A stretch of DNA of 63,916 nt, the filler included, from Octopus bimaculoides (taxonomy: Eukaryota): NCBI RefSeq assembly GCF_001194135.2. It is 6 parts of 6 records of this genome, joined end to end, with 100 filler letters (N's around TTAATTAATTAA, not from the genome) between each part and the next. Parts side by side here need not be neighbours in the genome. Positions count along the whole stretch, not along the records: positions 26,742 to 34,053 come from NC_069008.1; positions 34,154 to 57,979 come from NC_069005.1; 4 more parts are not named here. One strand, written 5' to 3'. Below, in pieces: positions 29,086 to 42,764 of the stretch. The notes under the pieces were generated by a model. That model was not told the origin of the DNA. It did no database searches and worked only from the letters and a program-made list of their open reading frames with translations. The position numbers and the translations under genes were made by a program. Numbering within the stretch: the first letter of the stretch is position 1; every line of letters starts with the position of its first letter.

Positions 29086-29793
29086 TTGTTAAGTTATTCT
29101 TTTTCTCCTGTTGTATATAGCCGTAAGGCTTCGCGCTGTTATATATACATAATTCTTTCTCTGTTGCATTTATGTATGTTTTCTATATTTCTGTCTTAGT
29201 AAACAATCGTACGCTTTTCCCCAAAAGCTTAATAACAGCTCTGGCGCCTCCAAAATTGAGTGTTCTGAATGGTAAATGGTGCGAAACGATTATGATATTT
29301 TTGATTATTGACCAACGAGGAAAAATCAACTGCGAATATTCTGTGTATCGTGTCTTTGCCTAAATTTCTCGTCAGTTAAGTTTTCATCTAGTTTTCTGCA
29401 GAAAAGTCATTATACAACCACAAACTCAAATATGAATTGACATACAGATAAATACATACATGTATACACAAAAATCTCTCTCTCACAAACACACGCACGC
29501 ACACACACATACACACACACATACGCACACATACATTCTCTCTTTCTCTCTCTCTCCCCCTCTCTCATGCACCTACGCATGTTTGTCTGTGTGTGTCGAT
29601 GTGCGCATATGTGCGTAGCCCAAACATACAGCCGAATATAAAATCACACACACAAATACTTAATGTAAAGCCTCAGTTTCCCAATCAACACTTCGGCTTC
29701 TCCCCCCGGCTTATATATTTGCCTTTACACTGTTCTACAAATCTACAAGGGGGTTTCTACTCAGAATTTTGAATATAGCATACGATAGAGAAT

Positions 29794-29864
<71 letters not shown>

Positions 29865-30208
29865 TGTGTATGTGTGTGTATGATATTGCAAGCACTCCTA
29901 TATACATACATAGATTCAGACTGACGTACACACATATATATGTGTATAGGTAGAGACAGATATGCTTATGGCTATGCAAGCACACATGTACGCATAAACA
30001 TAAATATACACTTTATACATATATATATATATATCTATATATATATATGTATACATTCAATTACATACACCTTTACTATCAACACGTAAGTCTGTAGAAT
30101 GTTACTTCGTACTCTAATCAGTCTCATATCAAACATAGGGCAGTCGGTATGTGTGTGTGAACATATGTATGTGTGTGTGAACATATGTATGTGTGTGTGT
30201 GTGTGTGT

Positions 30209-30249
<41 letters not shown>

Positions 30250-30857
30250 NNNNNNNNNNNNNNNNNNNNNNNNNNNNNNNNNNNNNNNNNNNNNNNNNNN
30301 NNNNNNNNNNNNNNNNNNNNNNNNNNNNNNNNNNNNNNNNNNNNNNNNNNNNNNNNNNNNNNNNNNNNNNNNNNNNNNNNNNNNNNNNNNNNNNNNNNNN
30401 NNNNNNNNNNNNNNNNNNNNNNNNNNNNNNNNNNNNNNNNNNNNNNNNNNNNNNNNNNNNNNNNNNNNNNNNNNNNNNNNNNNNNNNNNNNNNNNNNNNN
30501 NNNNNNNNNNNNNNNNNNNNNNNNNNNNNNNNNNNNNNNNNNNNNNNNNNNNNNNNNNNNNNNNNNNNNNNNNNNNNNNNNNNNNNNNNNNNNNNNNNNN
30601 NNNNNNNNNNNNNNNNNNNNNNNNNNNNNNNNNNNNNNNNNNNNNNNNNNAGTACATGAACGCATACGTGTTACCATTTGCATGTGTGTATACCCACACC
30701 CACACAAACATGCACACGCTCACATGTGTGTGCGCGTGTGTGACACAACGGTGATGTTATCACGAAATCTGTTGATGCTGTCTGACGCTTATACCAAAAT
30801 GCAAATGTCTCGTATCTCATACAGGACAGCATAAGTATGTATGAATGTATGTATGTA

Positions 30858-30903
<46 letters not shown>

Positions 30904-31101
30904 CACACACTCACTCACTCTTTCTCTCCCTCTCTCTCAGTCTCTCCCTCTCTCTCAGTCTCTCCCAGCCTCTCTCTCTCACACACATATATATAATACA
31001 CATAGAAACGGACATGTATACTTAAGAACCCTTGCATTGCTTTCTGCTTACTATACGAACCCTATCTATTGATCTGTATAATGATATGTATATATAAATA
31101 T

Positions 31102-31135
<34 letters not shown>

Positions 31136-31481
31136 GCGTACGTATATATACAGATTTACACATGCATATATGCAAAGTCATATATGCATGTGTGCATATA
31201 TGCATGTGTGCATACACATACACAGACACACATGCACGCTTGTTTATGCATATATATATATATATATANNNNNNNNNNNNNNNNNNNNNNNNNNNNNNNN
31301 NNNNNNNNNNNNNNNNNNNNNNNNNNNNNNNNNNNNNNNNNNNNNNNNNNNNNNNNNNNNNNNNNNNNNNNNNNNNNNNNNNNNNNNNNNNNNNNNNNNN
31401 NNNNNNNNNNNNNNNNNNNNNNNNNNNNNNNNNNNNNNNNNNNNNNNNNNNNNNNNNNNNNNNNNNNNNCGCCCCCCACAC

Positions 31482-31518
<37 letters not shown>

Positions 31519-31556
31519 TACATACACACGCATACAGAGGCAGAGACGTACATACG

Positions 31557-31591
<35 letters not shown>

Positions 31592-32026
31592 TCGTACATT
31601 CGTAGGTACATATATATGCATCGAAAAATGAATATATACATATTTAATTAGTGCGAAGATATTCATTTCGCGTTGCAGACAACAGTATAATTTGTACCTT
31701 TCTCTCTCTTTGTCCCTTTCTCTCTCTTTCTCCCTTTCTCTCTCTCTCTCTTACCCATCTGAACTCTCTGTCTCACTATCTATGATATATATATATATTA
31801 TATATAATGTGTGTGTGTGTGTGTGTGTCGTTGTGTATACGGATATCTATATTATTATCTCTATATAAGTCGATGTATGTCCAGATATACGAGTATCTAT
31901 TTGTATAAATGTGTGTGTATGCGTGTGTATATATCGTTGTCTACGTGTATATATGAATATATGTATGTCCGGTCCTTAGTCATATCACTTTTGGTTATCC
32001 ATCATGTGAATGGGACAGAAGTTCAT

Positions 32027-32067
<41 letters not shown>

Positions 32068-32814
32068 GATATCTGTGTGTGTGTTGTGGGGTTGATATAT
32101 ATATATAGACGTTCGTGTATAGGTGTATATATATATATTTGTGTAAGTGTACATCGATACATATTCATCGAACATTTGAGTTAAGAGAAACAAAAAAAAA
32201 TAACACCTTGTATATATATTCATTATTTATTATCATTGGAAGATATTCCTTTTTTCACGACTGTACTTCGTCGTTGCAAACCACTAAATAAATAACAGGA
32301 ACTCGGCGCAAGGCGGGAGGGAACTTCAGAGGATGAAATCCCACCCGACAAGTGTTTTGGCCCTTATGCCTGACACTGTACGGGAGCTAGGCCCAACCAG
32401 TTTGTCCAATTTGTCTTCCTGCAGCTTTCCAAAATCCTGTCTCCAACGGGATTTGAACCTGGGTCGTTCTTTTGTTCCCGAGTCTGTGTTTCATCTCACC
32501 GGGCCACAACTACTGACGAAGGAATCAGTTCTCTTCTTTCTTATACTCCTGTAAATAACCAATGGAATCCATATCTAGGTCCATTGGTCATTCCTCATCA
32601 CCCATCTATACATTGAGCTCTGTTCAGCGACATCAGACAAGCGTTTAATTTGTGGCAGTTCTGCGACCTTTGACACGCATCTGCCCAATTAGTCATATAT
32701 ATATATATATATATATATAAAACTAAGTTACGGGGACATAAACACACCAGCATGGTTGCCAAGTGATGTTGGGAGGGCAAACACACATATATATAAGTAT
32801 GTATGTATGCATGT

Positions 32815-32975
32815 ATAGGGAGAATTCACAAAAAAACAAAACACGAAGACAGGTGGTGTAGAAAACAAACAGATGTATTAGTATAACGCATGGGAATTGA
32901 AAAAGTCTTTAACGTTTTGAGCCTACGCTCTTCCACAGAAAGGAACACAGAAAGAAACAAGGGGAGAAAAAAAAT
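32815..32975 (-). repeat. Dispersed repeat carrying a hammerhead-like motif, copy 2
   Basis: Core CTGTGGAA-GAG cgtagg CTC-AAAAC-GTT-AAAGA. Confidence 0.7.
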
Positions 32976-33404
32976 GTGTGTAGTGGTTAGCGATCAGTTT
33001 CCGTCTACTACATCCACTCATAAGGCTCTGGTCGGCCCGGGGCTATATNNNNNNNNNNNNNNNNNNNNNNNNNNNNNNNNNNTATATATAACGGGTTTCT
33101 TTCAGTTTCCGTCTACCAAATTCACTCACAAGGCTTTGCTCTGTCTGAGGCTGTAGTAGAAGACACTTGTCCAAGGTGCCATGCAGTGAGACTGAACCCG
33201 GAACCACGTGCTTGGAAAGCAAACTCCTTATCATACAGCCACGTGGCATATGTAGGTCGGTCGGTTTTTCCCCCCCTCCTTGTGGCCTGTGTCAGTATTG
33301 TCCTCCCGCGCAGTGCCTTATGTATGTAAGTAGTGAAGTTCTGTTTGAATATGGCCGCAAGCTGTGATTTTAGTATGTAATATTCCACATTTGTTTTTAT
33401 GAGA

Positions 33405-33800
33405 TCATAAGTTATTGCCACAATGTCCGTGAATTGGTGGTGGTTTGTTATTACTGTTGTGTTCGATTTGGCCGCGTTTCTTGTCTCTTTGCAAGAAAAA
33501 AACCATCCAGTTCACTGTGTTATTTAGATAAGTATTTTCATTTGTGCGTTTTGGTTGAGTGATTTTGTTCGGTAAAGTGACATATTTCTTTCTAACAAAT
33601 GTCACTAGCTGCCGTAATTGTTCTGCTGAAAAGCTTGAGAATGTTGGGCATTTATTACCTGAATATTCTCTCAATCTTTTTATGTAACATATCAAGGTAT
33701 CTTTCCTGGAGTCTTTCTGTTCAAAAGTCCCTTGGAATTTTTCTCGATATTTCCGCAATCTACGATTGTTGACTTCCAGTTCTTTCTTCGTCGCTAAGAA
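33405..33800 (-). other. Unexplained open frame of about 130 codons, possibly the N-terminal part of a retroelement ORF
   Basis: Non-repetitive stop-free frame RRLRKYREKFQGTF...QLRQLVTFVRKKY...; its first codons overlap a SINE. Confidence 0.3.
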
Positions 33801-34315
33801 TTTTGCCTGACGTGCTAACGATCTTGCCAGCACGCCATCTTCATACCTGAGAGTTGGCAGAAACGTTAGCACGCTTGGCGAAATGCTTAGCGGTATTTCG
33901 TCTGTCTTTACGTTCTGAGTTCAAATTCCGCCACATTTGTTAATTTCTTGAAAATGGGGTCATAACCCCGAAATATTGAATACAAGGTAAGTCTATATTA
34001 ATTCTTATATTTATTTTCTTGTTATTTGCTTTGCATTTACTTCGCATTGTTCTNNNNNNNNNNNNNNNNNNNNNNNNNNNNNNNNNNNNNNNNNNNNTTA
34101 ATTAATTAANNNNNNNNNNNNNNNNNNNNNNNNNNNNNNNNNNNNNNNNNNNNTATATATATAGATAGATAGATAGATAGATAGATATAGATATATACAT
34201 ACATATGTGTATGTATAAATATGTATATATATATGCATGTATATATATGTGTTATTTATTATATTATATTATTTATTATATAATAAATTATATTATATAT
34301 ATATATAATACATAC

Positions 34316-34362
<47 letters not shown>

Positions 34363-34780
34363 TACATATACAAGGTGGCAGGGTATATATATATTTTCTA
34401 ACTTTTGCAAATGGACGCAGGCCTTTCGCGATCCTTTTGAAACCATGAATTTTTCAGTAACCCCTCGTATATATTTTAAACAATATGGAGACACCCATAT
34501 TATCAATATTTTTACAGTTGGTCACACAGTATAATTATTTGGATATTCGGTCATTGTAAGCAGATCACTGCTGTATGACCAACTGTAAAATTGAATGAAA
34601 AAACTTTGATGATGTACCTGTCGCCTTATTCCTTTTAATTACTTGAAATCTACAATCCTGATATTATTCATGAAGCAGAGAAACGAACTGGAAGTTATCG
34701 ATCGGAAGAATTACAGCGAAGTTGTTAATACTTCGCTATCATTGACACTTAGTACTACCTGATGTGTATGTGTGTGTATA

Positions 34781-35170
34781 CAGTAATCCTTCGACTACCG
34801 CAGGGGTTTCGTTCCAAAACTCATCGCGGAAAGGGAGAATCCGCGATGTAGAAACATTACTGTACTGTATATTTATTATTATTATTTTTATAATTTGTAT
34901 ATATTTATTTTAGTATAAATGCAAAACAACTCCACACACTCGCCTACAGTTTCATTTTCCATACAGTATGTACAATTCTTTGTTTACTGATTTATGGTAC
35001 ACTACGGATTTTCTTTTAATATATCTTAATTATTGTGCTTAATATATTTTAATTCATACAGTGCAGTATTGTACAGTATCTTCATTTATTAATTTATTAA
35101 TTATTTGGCGCGAAAATGCTTATTTTGCCACAGAAATAATTAAAATCTAAAAGAACGTAAATACCTATCG
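34781..35170 (+). mobile_element. Tigger/pogo-like MITE fragment
   Basis: TA|CAGTAATCCTTCGACTACCGCAGGGGTTTCGTTCCAAAA terminal sequence typical of pogo/Tigger non-autonomous elements. Confidence 0.55.
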
Positions 35171-35246
35171 GCTGCACAAACCTGCGCTACAATGAGGACG
35201 TGATAGGTGAACTGCAATATGGCACATGACTCCTCTGTGTGTGTGT

Positions 35247-35294
<48 letters not shown>

Positions 35295-35834
35295 NNNNNN
35301 NNNNNNNNNNNNNNNNNNNNNNNNNNNNNNNNNNNNNNNNNNNNNNNNNNNNNNNNNNNNNNNNNNNNNNNNNNNNNNNNNNNNNNNNNNNNNNNNNNNN
35401 NNNNNNNNNNNNNNNNNNNNNNNNNNNNNNNNNNNNNNNNNNNNNNNNNNNNNNNNNNNNNNNNNNNNNTATATATATATATATATGTATATATATGTTT
35501 ATATGTGTTTATATATATATCTATACGCACACACATACACACAGACACAAGTATATGTATATGTGTATGTATTTATATTTTTCAATGTTCCACATGGTGT
35601 TTGAACTCAGTATACTTATGCTTCAGAAAAAGCGTCAGTTGAGTACTGAGCGTTTAATGAAATTAAACAAATGACAAAGGAACAGGAAATTATGGACTCA
35701 GCTCTGAGTGTATTGCATCACAAAGCAGAAACAGCTGTAAGCTACAGAGATTCATTGCATAATTTCCAGTTTCTTTGTCATTTATTTAACATACACTGAT
35801 ATATTTGTTCCGTTGTTAATGGATATAGTCTTGC

Positions 35835-37960
35835 GCTGTTTAATATTTTTACAATGATTTAGTTTGCATTTTGCTTTTGATAATTTTGTGTGAATCTAAA
35901 ATTTTGTTCATTGTTTTATCTCCTGTGAGGATGGGTAGATTTTGGATGATAATGTTGAAGGCTTCATTCTTTCTTGGGTTATGTGTGGAGATGTATGGGA
36001 ATATTTTAAAGTCTGGTGTAGTATTTCGGTTGACTTCCCTTAATATTCGTATATCTATTTCCATTGCTCGTTTAATGCCATCATTTATTAATGATATTGA
36101 GTAATGTCTTTTAATTAGTATTGATCTGAGTTCAAGGAGTCTTCGTTCACGAGTATAGGTGTCCGAAACTATGGTACAGATTCTTTTCGCTAGATTATAA
36201 GGTTTATTAATTTTTATGTGTTTGGGGTGCATGAGTTGAATAATAGGTATTGTTTTGAATCTGTGGGTTTATAGAAGATGTCTGTTTCGATGTGGTTATT
36301 GACTATTTCAATTAAGATGTCAAGAAAAGGGAGTTGTTTATTGTTGAACTCCATGGTGAATTGTATGTTGCTATTAATATTGTTAAGCATTATTTTGAAA
36401 TCGAGTAGTTTGTCCATGCTATCTTTCCAAAGTATAAAGCAATCGTCCAAATATCTCTTCCAGTTCTCCTTTATATGGCTATGAAATGAAGTGCCATATT
36501 TTGGTTGTAATGTTTGGTATATTTTAAGCTCTAGGTAGCCCATTACAAGGTTTGCAATTATTGAGACAGCTCGGGCTTCCATTGCAATTCCACATTTTTG
36601 TCGACAGTAAACTGTATCGAACATGAAATAGTTGTGCAGTAGGATGAATTTGAGTGCTGCGATTATGAATCTGTGGTTGATGCGTCATGGGATCTCTTCT
36701 GGGTATTTTTCTAGCCAGAAGGTGATTGTTTCTATACCATAATCGTGTGGGATATTGGTGTACAAATTCACCACATCGAATGATACTAACAGGGTTCCTT
36801 CATTTATTGTCTTCGGGAGGTGGTTAAGCATGTCTAAGCCATCCCTGATGAAGCTTTTCACATATTTTATAAACGGTTTGAGTAATATGTCGAGGAAGTT
36901 TCTCAAACGGTGGGTTTCACATGCAGGGCCAGCAATGATGGGTCTCAGTTTGAGGTCAGTAGGGGGGTGGAACATTAATGCATAGGTTTGGAGAAACTTT
37001 GCAAGCTTTACAAATACGTAGATTTATGTGTATTTTAGGTAATCCGTAGAATAAACTAGGTCTGTATTCAAAATTGGATAGTCAATTTCATGTTTAGTGA
37101 GGCCCTTTCCATGTATTTGAAGTAAAGAGGATAAGTTTTTACGTGTCTTCTGTGGATTGTATTGTACTATCTTCTCATAGTAAATATTATTTTCCAACAT
37201 GGAGAGTATTAAATTTTTGTAGTACTCTGTGTCCATCACCACTACCGCACTTCCTTTGTCGGCTTCTTTAATGGTGAGGTTTACATAATTTTTTAACTCG
37301 ATTAGGTTTTTCCATTCATTTGCGTTAAGGTTGGATTTAATTCGTTGGTTTATGTAGGGCATTAAAAGGAAAATTGGTAAAGTGTTCATAAAAAAGATCA
37401 ATTGCTTTATTTCTACCTTTTGTTGAACAGTATTCGCTTTTGTTTTTTTTTACTATTGAGTCATCTTCGCTGGTATAGTTGTGAAGTGCTTCTGTGAGGC
37501 GTAATTTTCGGCAGAAATCCATTGTGTTATCCTTAATTTCATTCGGGTTCGATCTGCGAGGGGTTGGTGTAAACTTTAAACCTCTTGCTAGAATTTTAGT
37601 TTGTGTAATACTTAGGATTTTCTTTGATAAGTTGATTATTTTCGGTTGTTCTTGTACCTTTTGTTTCATTTCACATCTCTGTTTCTCTGTTTTAGGTATT
37701 AAAAAATGGTTGTAGTAGGTGGATTGTTGTGGAAAGTCTGTATTGTGCTTGGTTTGCTGAGGATAAAATGGGTGTAAAGTGTGTCTGTGATAGCATGTTT
37801 GTGGTGGAGTGACTGTGTAGCGGACTAGATTATGGTTGTACTGAGGGTTGTTATATTGTCTATGGTTGATGTGGTTAGGGTTAAATTTATTTTTAATATT
37901 GTAATGTGGGTGGAGGGAGAAGTTATGTTGTGTCTAGTTGAATGCTTGAAGTGAACATGT
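35835..37960 (-). mobile_element. Penelope-like retroelement, long frameshifted RT ORF
   Basis: Consecutive fragments IINLS..LARGLKFTPTP, IKEADKGSAVVVMD, LRPIIAG, LVSFDVVNLYTNIPH, GIAM, WKRYLDDCFILW, FTME..LPFLDI, YKPTDSKQYLLFNSC/HPKH. Confidence 0.92.
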
Positions 37961-37973
37961 ATATATATATGTG

Positions 37974-39974
37974 CAGAGGTGGGCACCGTTAATCGAAAAG
38001 TTTACTTCATTAATCGTTAATCCATTACTTTGAAAATGGAACAGAAGTTAACGTGAATCTGTTAACGTTAACTTTTATTGAAAAAAGTATATCTACGGTT
38101 TAGTACTCCACCGAATTTGTTGCCTTATAACTCCCCCCACCAAGGGATACTTTNNNNNNNNNNNNNNNNNNNNNNNNNNNNNNNNNNNNNNNNNNNNNNN
38201 NNNNNNNNNNNNNNNNNNNNNNNNNNNNNNNNNNNNNNNNNNNNNNNNNNNNNNNNNNNNNNNNNNNNNNNNNNNNNNNNNNNNNNNNNNNNNNNNNNNN
38301 NNNNNNNNNNNNNNNNNNNNNNNNNNNNNNNNNNNNNNNNNNNNNNNNNNNNNNNNNNNNNNNNNNNNNNNNNNNNNNNNNNNNNNNNNNNNNNNNNNNN
38401 NNNNNNNNNNNNNNNNNNNNNNNNNNNNNNNNNNNNNNNNNNNNNNNNNNNNNNNNNNNNNNNNNNNNNNNNNNNNNNNNNNNNNNNNNNNNNNNNNNNN
38501 NNNNNNNNNNNNNNNNNNNNNNNNNNNNNNNNNNNNNNNNNNNNNNNNNNNNNNNNNNNNNNNNNNNNNNNNNNNNNNNNNNNNNNNNNNNNNNNNNNNN
38601 NNNNNNNNNNNNNNNNNNNNNNNNNNNNNNNNNNNNNNNNNNNNNNNNNNNNNNNNNNNNNNNNNNNNNNNNNNNNNNNNNNNNNNNTCCCGCCACACCT
38701 TCACCATCGTAGTCCGAAACGATTTTGGCTTTTTTTTTTTTCACTACGTACTTAAAACCCGCGAGAGAAACATTTTCGGTTTAAAAAACATTGCTAATTA
38801 TTTCAGAGGAAAATGTGTCATTTAAGGGAGATCTGGCTGTTGTTTCTAGTACATCCCCAAACCTCCCTCCTCGTTTCTTTCTCACTCACACATCTATTGA
38901 TATTTTTCAATATTTTTCTCCCTATAAACAAATTTTATGGAATGATGATGTCAAAGTAACACACGTGTAGTCCCAACCGAGCGAGGCAGTGTTTTGCGTA
39001 AGAAAAAAAAAAAAGAAGACACCTAAAAACGTCTGTAGTGTTCATATTAATCTGTCAAATGTAATGTTTATTTGTTCACGTTTTGTTGAATTATTCAGGT
39101 TCTAGAGGAGTGTCGACAATATTTGCTTGTAACTTTTTAAATTTTTTACACATAGATTTGAAATTTTGTCAGTGGGGACTTTAGATATGAATGATTTACG
39201 GTCATGTAATTTTAGCTGATCCTGCTGAGTGAATAATTTTTAACCAGTTTTTTCGGGTGCATTCAACGTATCTGACCTCCAAACCCGCCGGAAGCCACAC
39301 TTTTCTGGAAAAAGAGGTGGGAAGGGTGGTGGGGACCTCGAAGTTTCCCATCAAGGGCGTTTTGTTAAGCGGATCTTTTTCCTTTTTCAGGTTATTGTGC
39401 ATGCTTTCGCGCGTAAACGACTCCTTTTTCCAGAAAAGGAAGCATTTGGCTGCTATTTCTAGCATGCTATGCTACCACGTAACAGCTGTTTGCGTTCACA
39501 CCGAAATATTTACCAACTTTTTTCCTTCCATTTATTTTTCTATTTTATTTTCTTAGTTGACATCCGCCTCAGCGGGGTCACGGATCAAGTGGAAGCACAT
39601 CAATCATTTTTCTTTCTTGACAGGACAAAGAAATTTCCCGCTGTCTTTGCAAGCAACCAGCGGGGGGGGGGGAGGTTTGGTTTCAAATACAGGCAAGGCC
39701 AAACGAGGTTCTACAAGTTATTTATGATAATAAATGGCATTATATTGGGGTTGGAAAATGACGCATACAATATGAAATATGCTAAGACAATCTGAAAACA
39801 TTAGAAACTTTTAAACGTTTACCGGATTTTATATAATTTTTGGGTTAACGGAATTGAGTTAACGGAAGCTAAATATAAGGATTTTCAAAGTTAACAAAAA
39901 ACTTAAATCACTAACGAAAATGTCATCTTCGTTAATTAACCATGAACGTATTAACGGACTTACACCCAGCTCTG
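37974..39974. mobile_element. Non-autonomous hAT-like DNA transposon with 8-bp TSD
   Basis: Imperfect TIRs CAGAGGTGGGCACCGTTAATC and (reverse complement) CAGAGCTGGGTGTAAGTCCGTTAATAC; subterminal GTTAAC arrays at both ends; flanks TATATGTG and TATATGTA (7/8 match). Confidence 0.7.
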
Positions 39975-40029
39975 TATATGTACGTATGTATGTATGTATG
40001 TATGTATGTATGTATGTATGTATGTATGT

Positions 40030-40370
40030 ACGTAACACCCATCAACGGGCGAAGGAACATACTATCCACTGCAATTATGAAGAAAAGAGAGGATGAAACC
40101 AATAAACTGACCACAGTCTGTCTACCCTATGTGAAAGGCCTCTCCGAAAAGATACAAAAGATATGCGGCCCATATGACATCAGGACAGTATTCAAGAGTA
40201 ATACAGCACTTCGCAAATATCTCCTTCGAGTAAAACCACCTATAGAAGAGAATATGATCATGTATGGAAAAATGGAGAGCACCTCCCCTTGTGGGATGAA
40301 GTTAAAATAATAGACAGAGAACACCACTGGAAATTACGGAAACTAAAAGAAGCAGCATATATGCTAGAAC
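40030..40370 (+). mobile_element. Penelope-like element, GIY-YIG-region fragment with internal deletion
   Basis: VCLPYVKGLSEKIQKIC..IRTVFKSNTALRKYL and, in another frame, WDEVKIIDREHHWKLRKLKEAAYM. Confidence 0.85.
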
Positions 40371-41254
40371 TCAATCTCTTTATTTATGTATGAATGTATG
40401 CATGTATGTATGTATTTATGTGTACATGCAAAAACTGAAGATTTTCAGACGATGAATATTAAAGTATAAATATATAGATATTTATATTAATAGAAAAAAA
40501 TTTGCATTGAATACAAAGGGGAAGAGGTAAGGTGTTACATGTCCAACAACCGTTTCTGGAGCCATGATGTTGGTAAATGTAATTCACCACAATTTCAGGA
40601 CGTAATGGAAACAAATTAACATTGAATAAATCGACCCTCCGTCATCAGGGTAGAAAAAAACTTACATTTCAGATCTGATGCACAGAAGTTTAAAAGTTGA
40701 ATGTTTAAATGTATAAGCAGAAACAATTGTTGAAATTATTACCCCTTACCCCTTCCCCTTTAATTTTTTTCTGTCGTTTGTATTCTGTGTAAGTTTGATT
40801 TATTAATATAAAATATCTATGTATTTTACTTAAATATTCATTGTCTGAAAATCTTCAGTGTTTGCTTTATATCTCTTTGCATGTTTAATCATATATTTAT
40901 TTGTATATTACATCAAAGCTCTCTCTCCCTTTCTCTCTTTCTGTACACACACGCGCGTGCACCCTACACATATATACATATATAAACGCAAGTTGTGTGT
41001 TTGGATGTCTGTTTGTATCAAGTTGTCGTCTACACCCGTTAACGAACTTTCGTGAAACTTAGCAAACATGTTTAAGTAACATCCAATTTGTTACTAGACT
41101 CATTGAAGTGTAATAAAAATCTATAATTGGATGGCTAAGGCACCTAGAAGAGGTCTATAGATATAATCAATATATTTTCCTTTAACAACCTTTAACCCAT
41201 TCATTTTCCTAGCGAAGGGAAATAACCCATTCATTTTCCTTTGATCACCCTAAA

Positions 41255-41520
41255 CACTACCAAGCTCAAAGTAAACTTTCAGAGTATGGAAATTGACAAC
41301 AGGTGGATCGTGCACTACAACCCATTGCTGTCTAAAACATTACAGACCCATATTAATGTTGAGTCATGCAAATCTATAAAAGGTATTAAATATGTATGTA
41401 AATACATGAATAAGAGCTCAGATATAGCGGCTTGGGGACTTGAACAGGAGAGCAGGCTGGCGGATGAAATTCCGAAATATAAGTTGGGCAGGTATATTTC
41501 CTCTAACAATGGCTTCGAAA
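41255..41520 (+). mobile_element. Helitron Rep/helicase fragment
   Basis: IDNRWIVHYNPLLSKTLQTHINVESCKSIKGIKYVCKYMNK...DEIPKYKLGRYISSN matches the conserved Helitron motif DNRWVVPYNP...HINVE...IKYI.KY..KG. Confidence 0.88.
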
Positions 41521-41869
41521 ATCACGATCGGTATCCAACAGATACAAGACAATATGTTTCGCAATTCTTCAGTCTCTCTGTGTCTCTCTGTGTCTCTCTG
41601 TCTGTCTGTTCCTTTCTCTCCCTTACTCTCTCTCCCTCACACTCCCTCTGTCTGTCTGTCTCTGAGCTTTGGTTTCCACCGAGTATTATGCTTGCTTGAG
41701 CTGGTTTTACTTCGATTTTGCAATGCCAGTATGAGTTTAGAGACCTTGCTTCCCAAAACATTAATCCCTTCAGCCGGTTTAGTGACTGAAGCTGCTACCG
41801 TCTGCGATCCAATGATTTGCCCTCTTTGGAAATGAAACAAATCAAGGATTCTAACGTATTCAAATATAT

Positions 41870-42325
41870 CTTTTGTCTTTTACGTTTTACTTGTTCCAGT
41901 CATAAGACGGTATCCAGTCATGCTACGGCACCGCCTTGAAGAAATTTTAGTCTAATGAATCAAACCCAGTGTTTATTTATTTGTTAAACCTGGTACTTAT
42001 TCTATCGGTTCGTTTTTGCCAGAATGCAAAGTTACGGGGACGCAAACACACCTACACCGGTTGTAATGCAGTAGTAGCGGGAAAACACGGACACACACAT
42101 ACGCACACGCACACACACGCACGCAAAGACATGCACACGCACACACGCATGCACACGCACACACATATATACGGCTGGCTTCTTTGAGTCTCCGTCCGAC
42201 AAATTCACTCACAAGGTTTTGGTCGGTCGGTAGTTATAGAAATTAATTGCCCAAGGAGCCATGGAGTGTGTCTGAACCAGGAACGATGTCGTTGGGGAGG
42301 AAGCTTCTTATCACAGCCACACTAA
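41870..42325 (-). mobile_element. SINE family A, full length
   Basis: Head, body and tail all recognisable. Confidence 0.85.
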
Positions 42326-42764
42326 TGCGTACATAATACATTTAAAAACACTTACTCCTATATCTACAGACGAGAAGAGTTTTGAATTTGTCATGTTGCC
42401 GACAGGAAAAAAAAAAAAAAATAGAGTTGAATAAAACGTAGTTTCTGTAAGGTTGTCAAACACTTTCCTTAATGTGTCAATGCATCGGTCCAGAAGCGTT
42501 TTCGACTATTCTTAGCTATATTATCTTTAATGTGCCAATCCTTAACTATATTACCTTTCCTTAAACACAGTCAACTGATTATGAAGACAAATTTTATCCG
42601 TTCAAACTGTGCCATGTTGCCAGTTATACTTCCTTATTGTAATATGCCTTAGAAATATGCATGTTTCCTCTAAATCGAACTACACATACCAGTAATTAAT
42701 ACCATTCAGAAGTTTGGATCTTCGCTTCTATATACACAGTTTTGTTGCCTTAGCTATGAAATAA

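Noticed and set aside
29172-29273. ATG-initiated frame with a phase-1 donor (AATG|gtaaat) as a possible STC-like exon 1
   Set aside because: No convincing signal peptide, weak donor and 14 kb away; it cannot be distinguished from chance.
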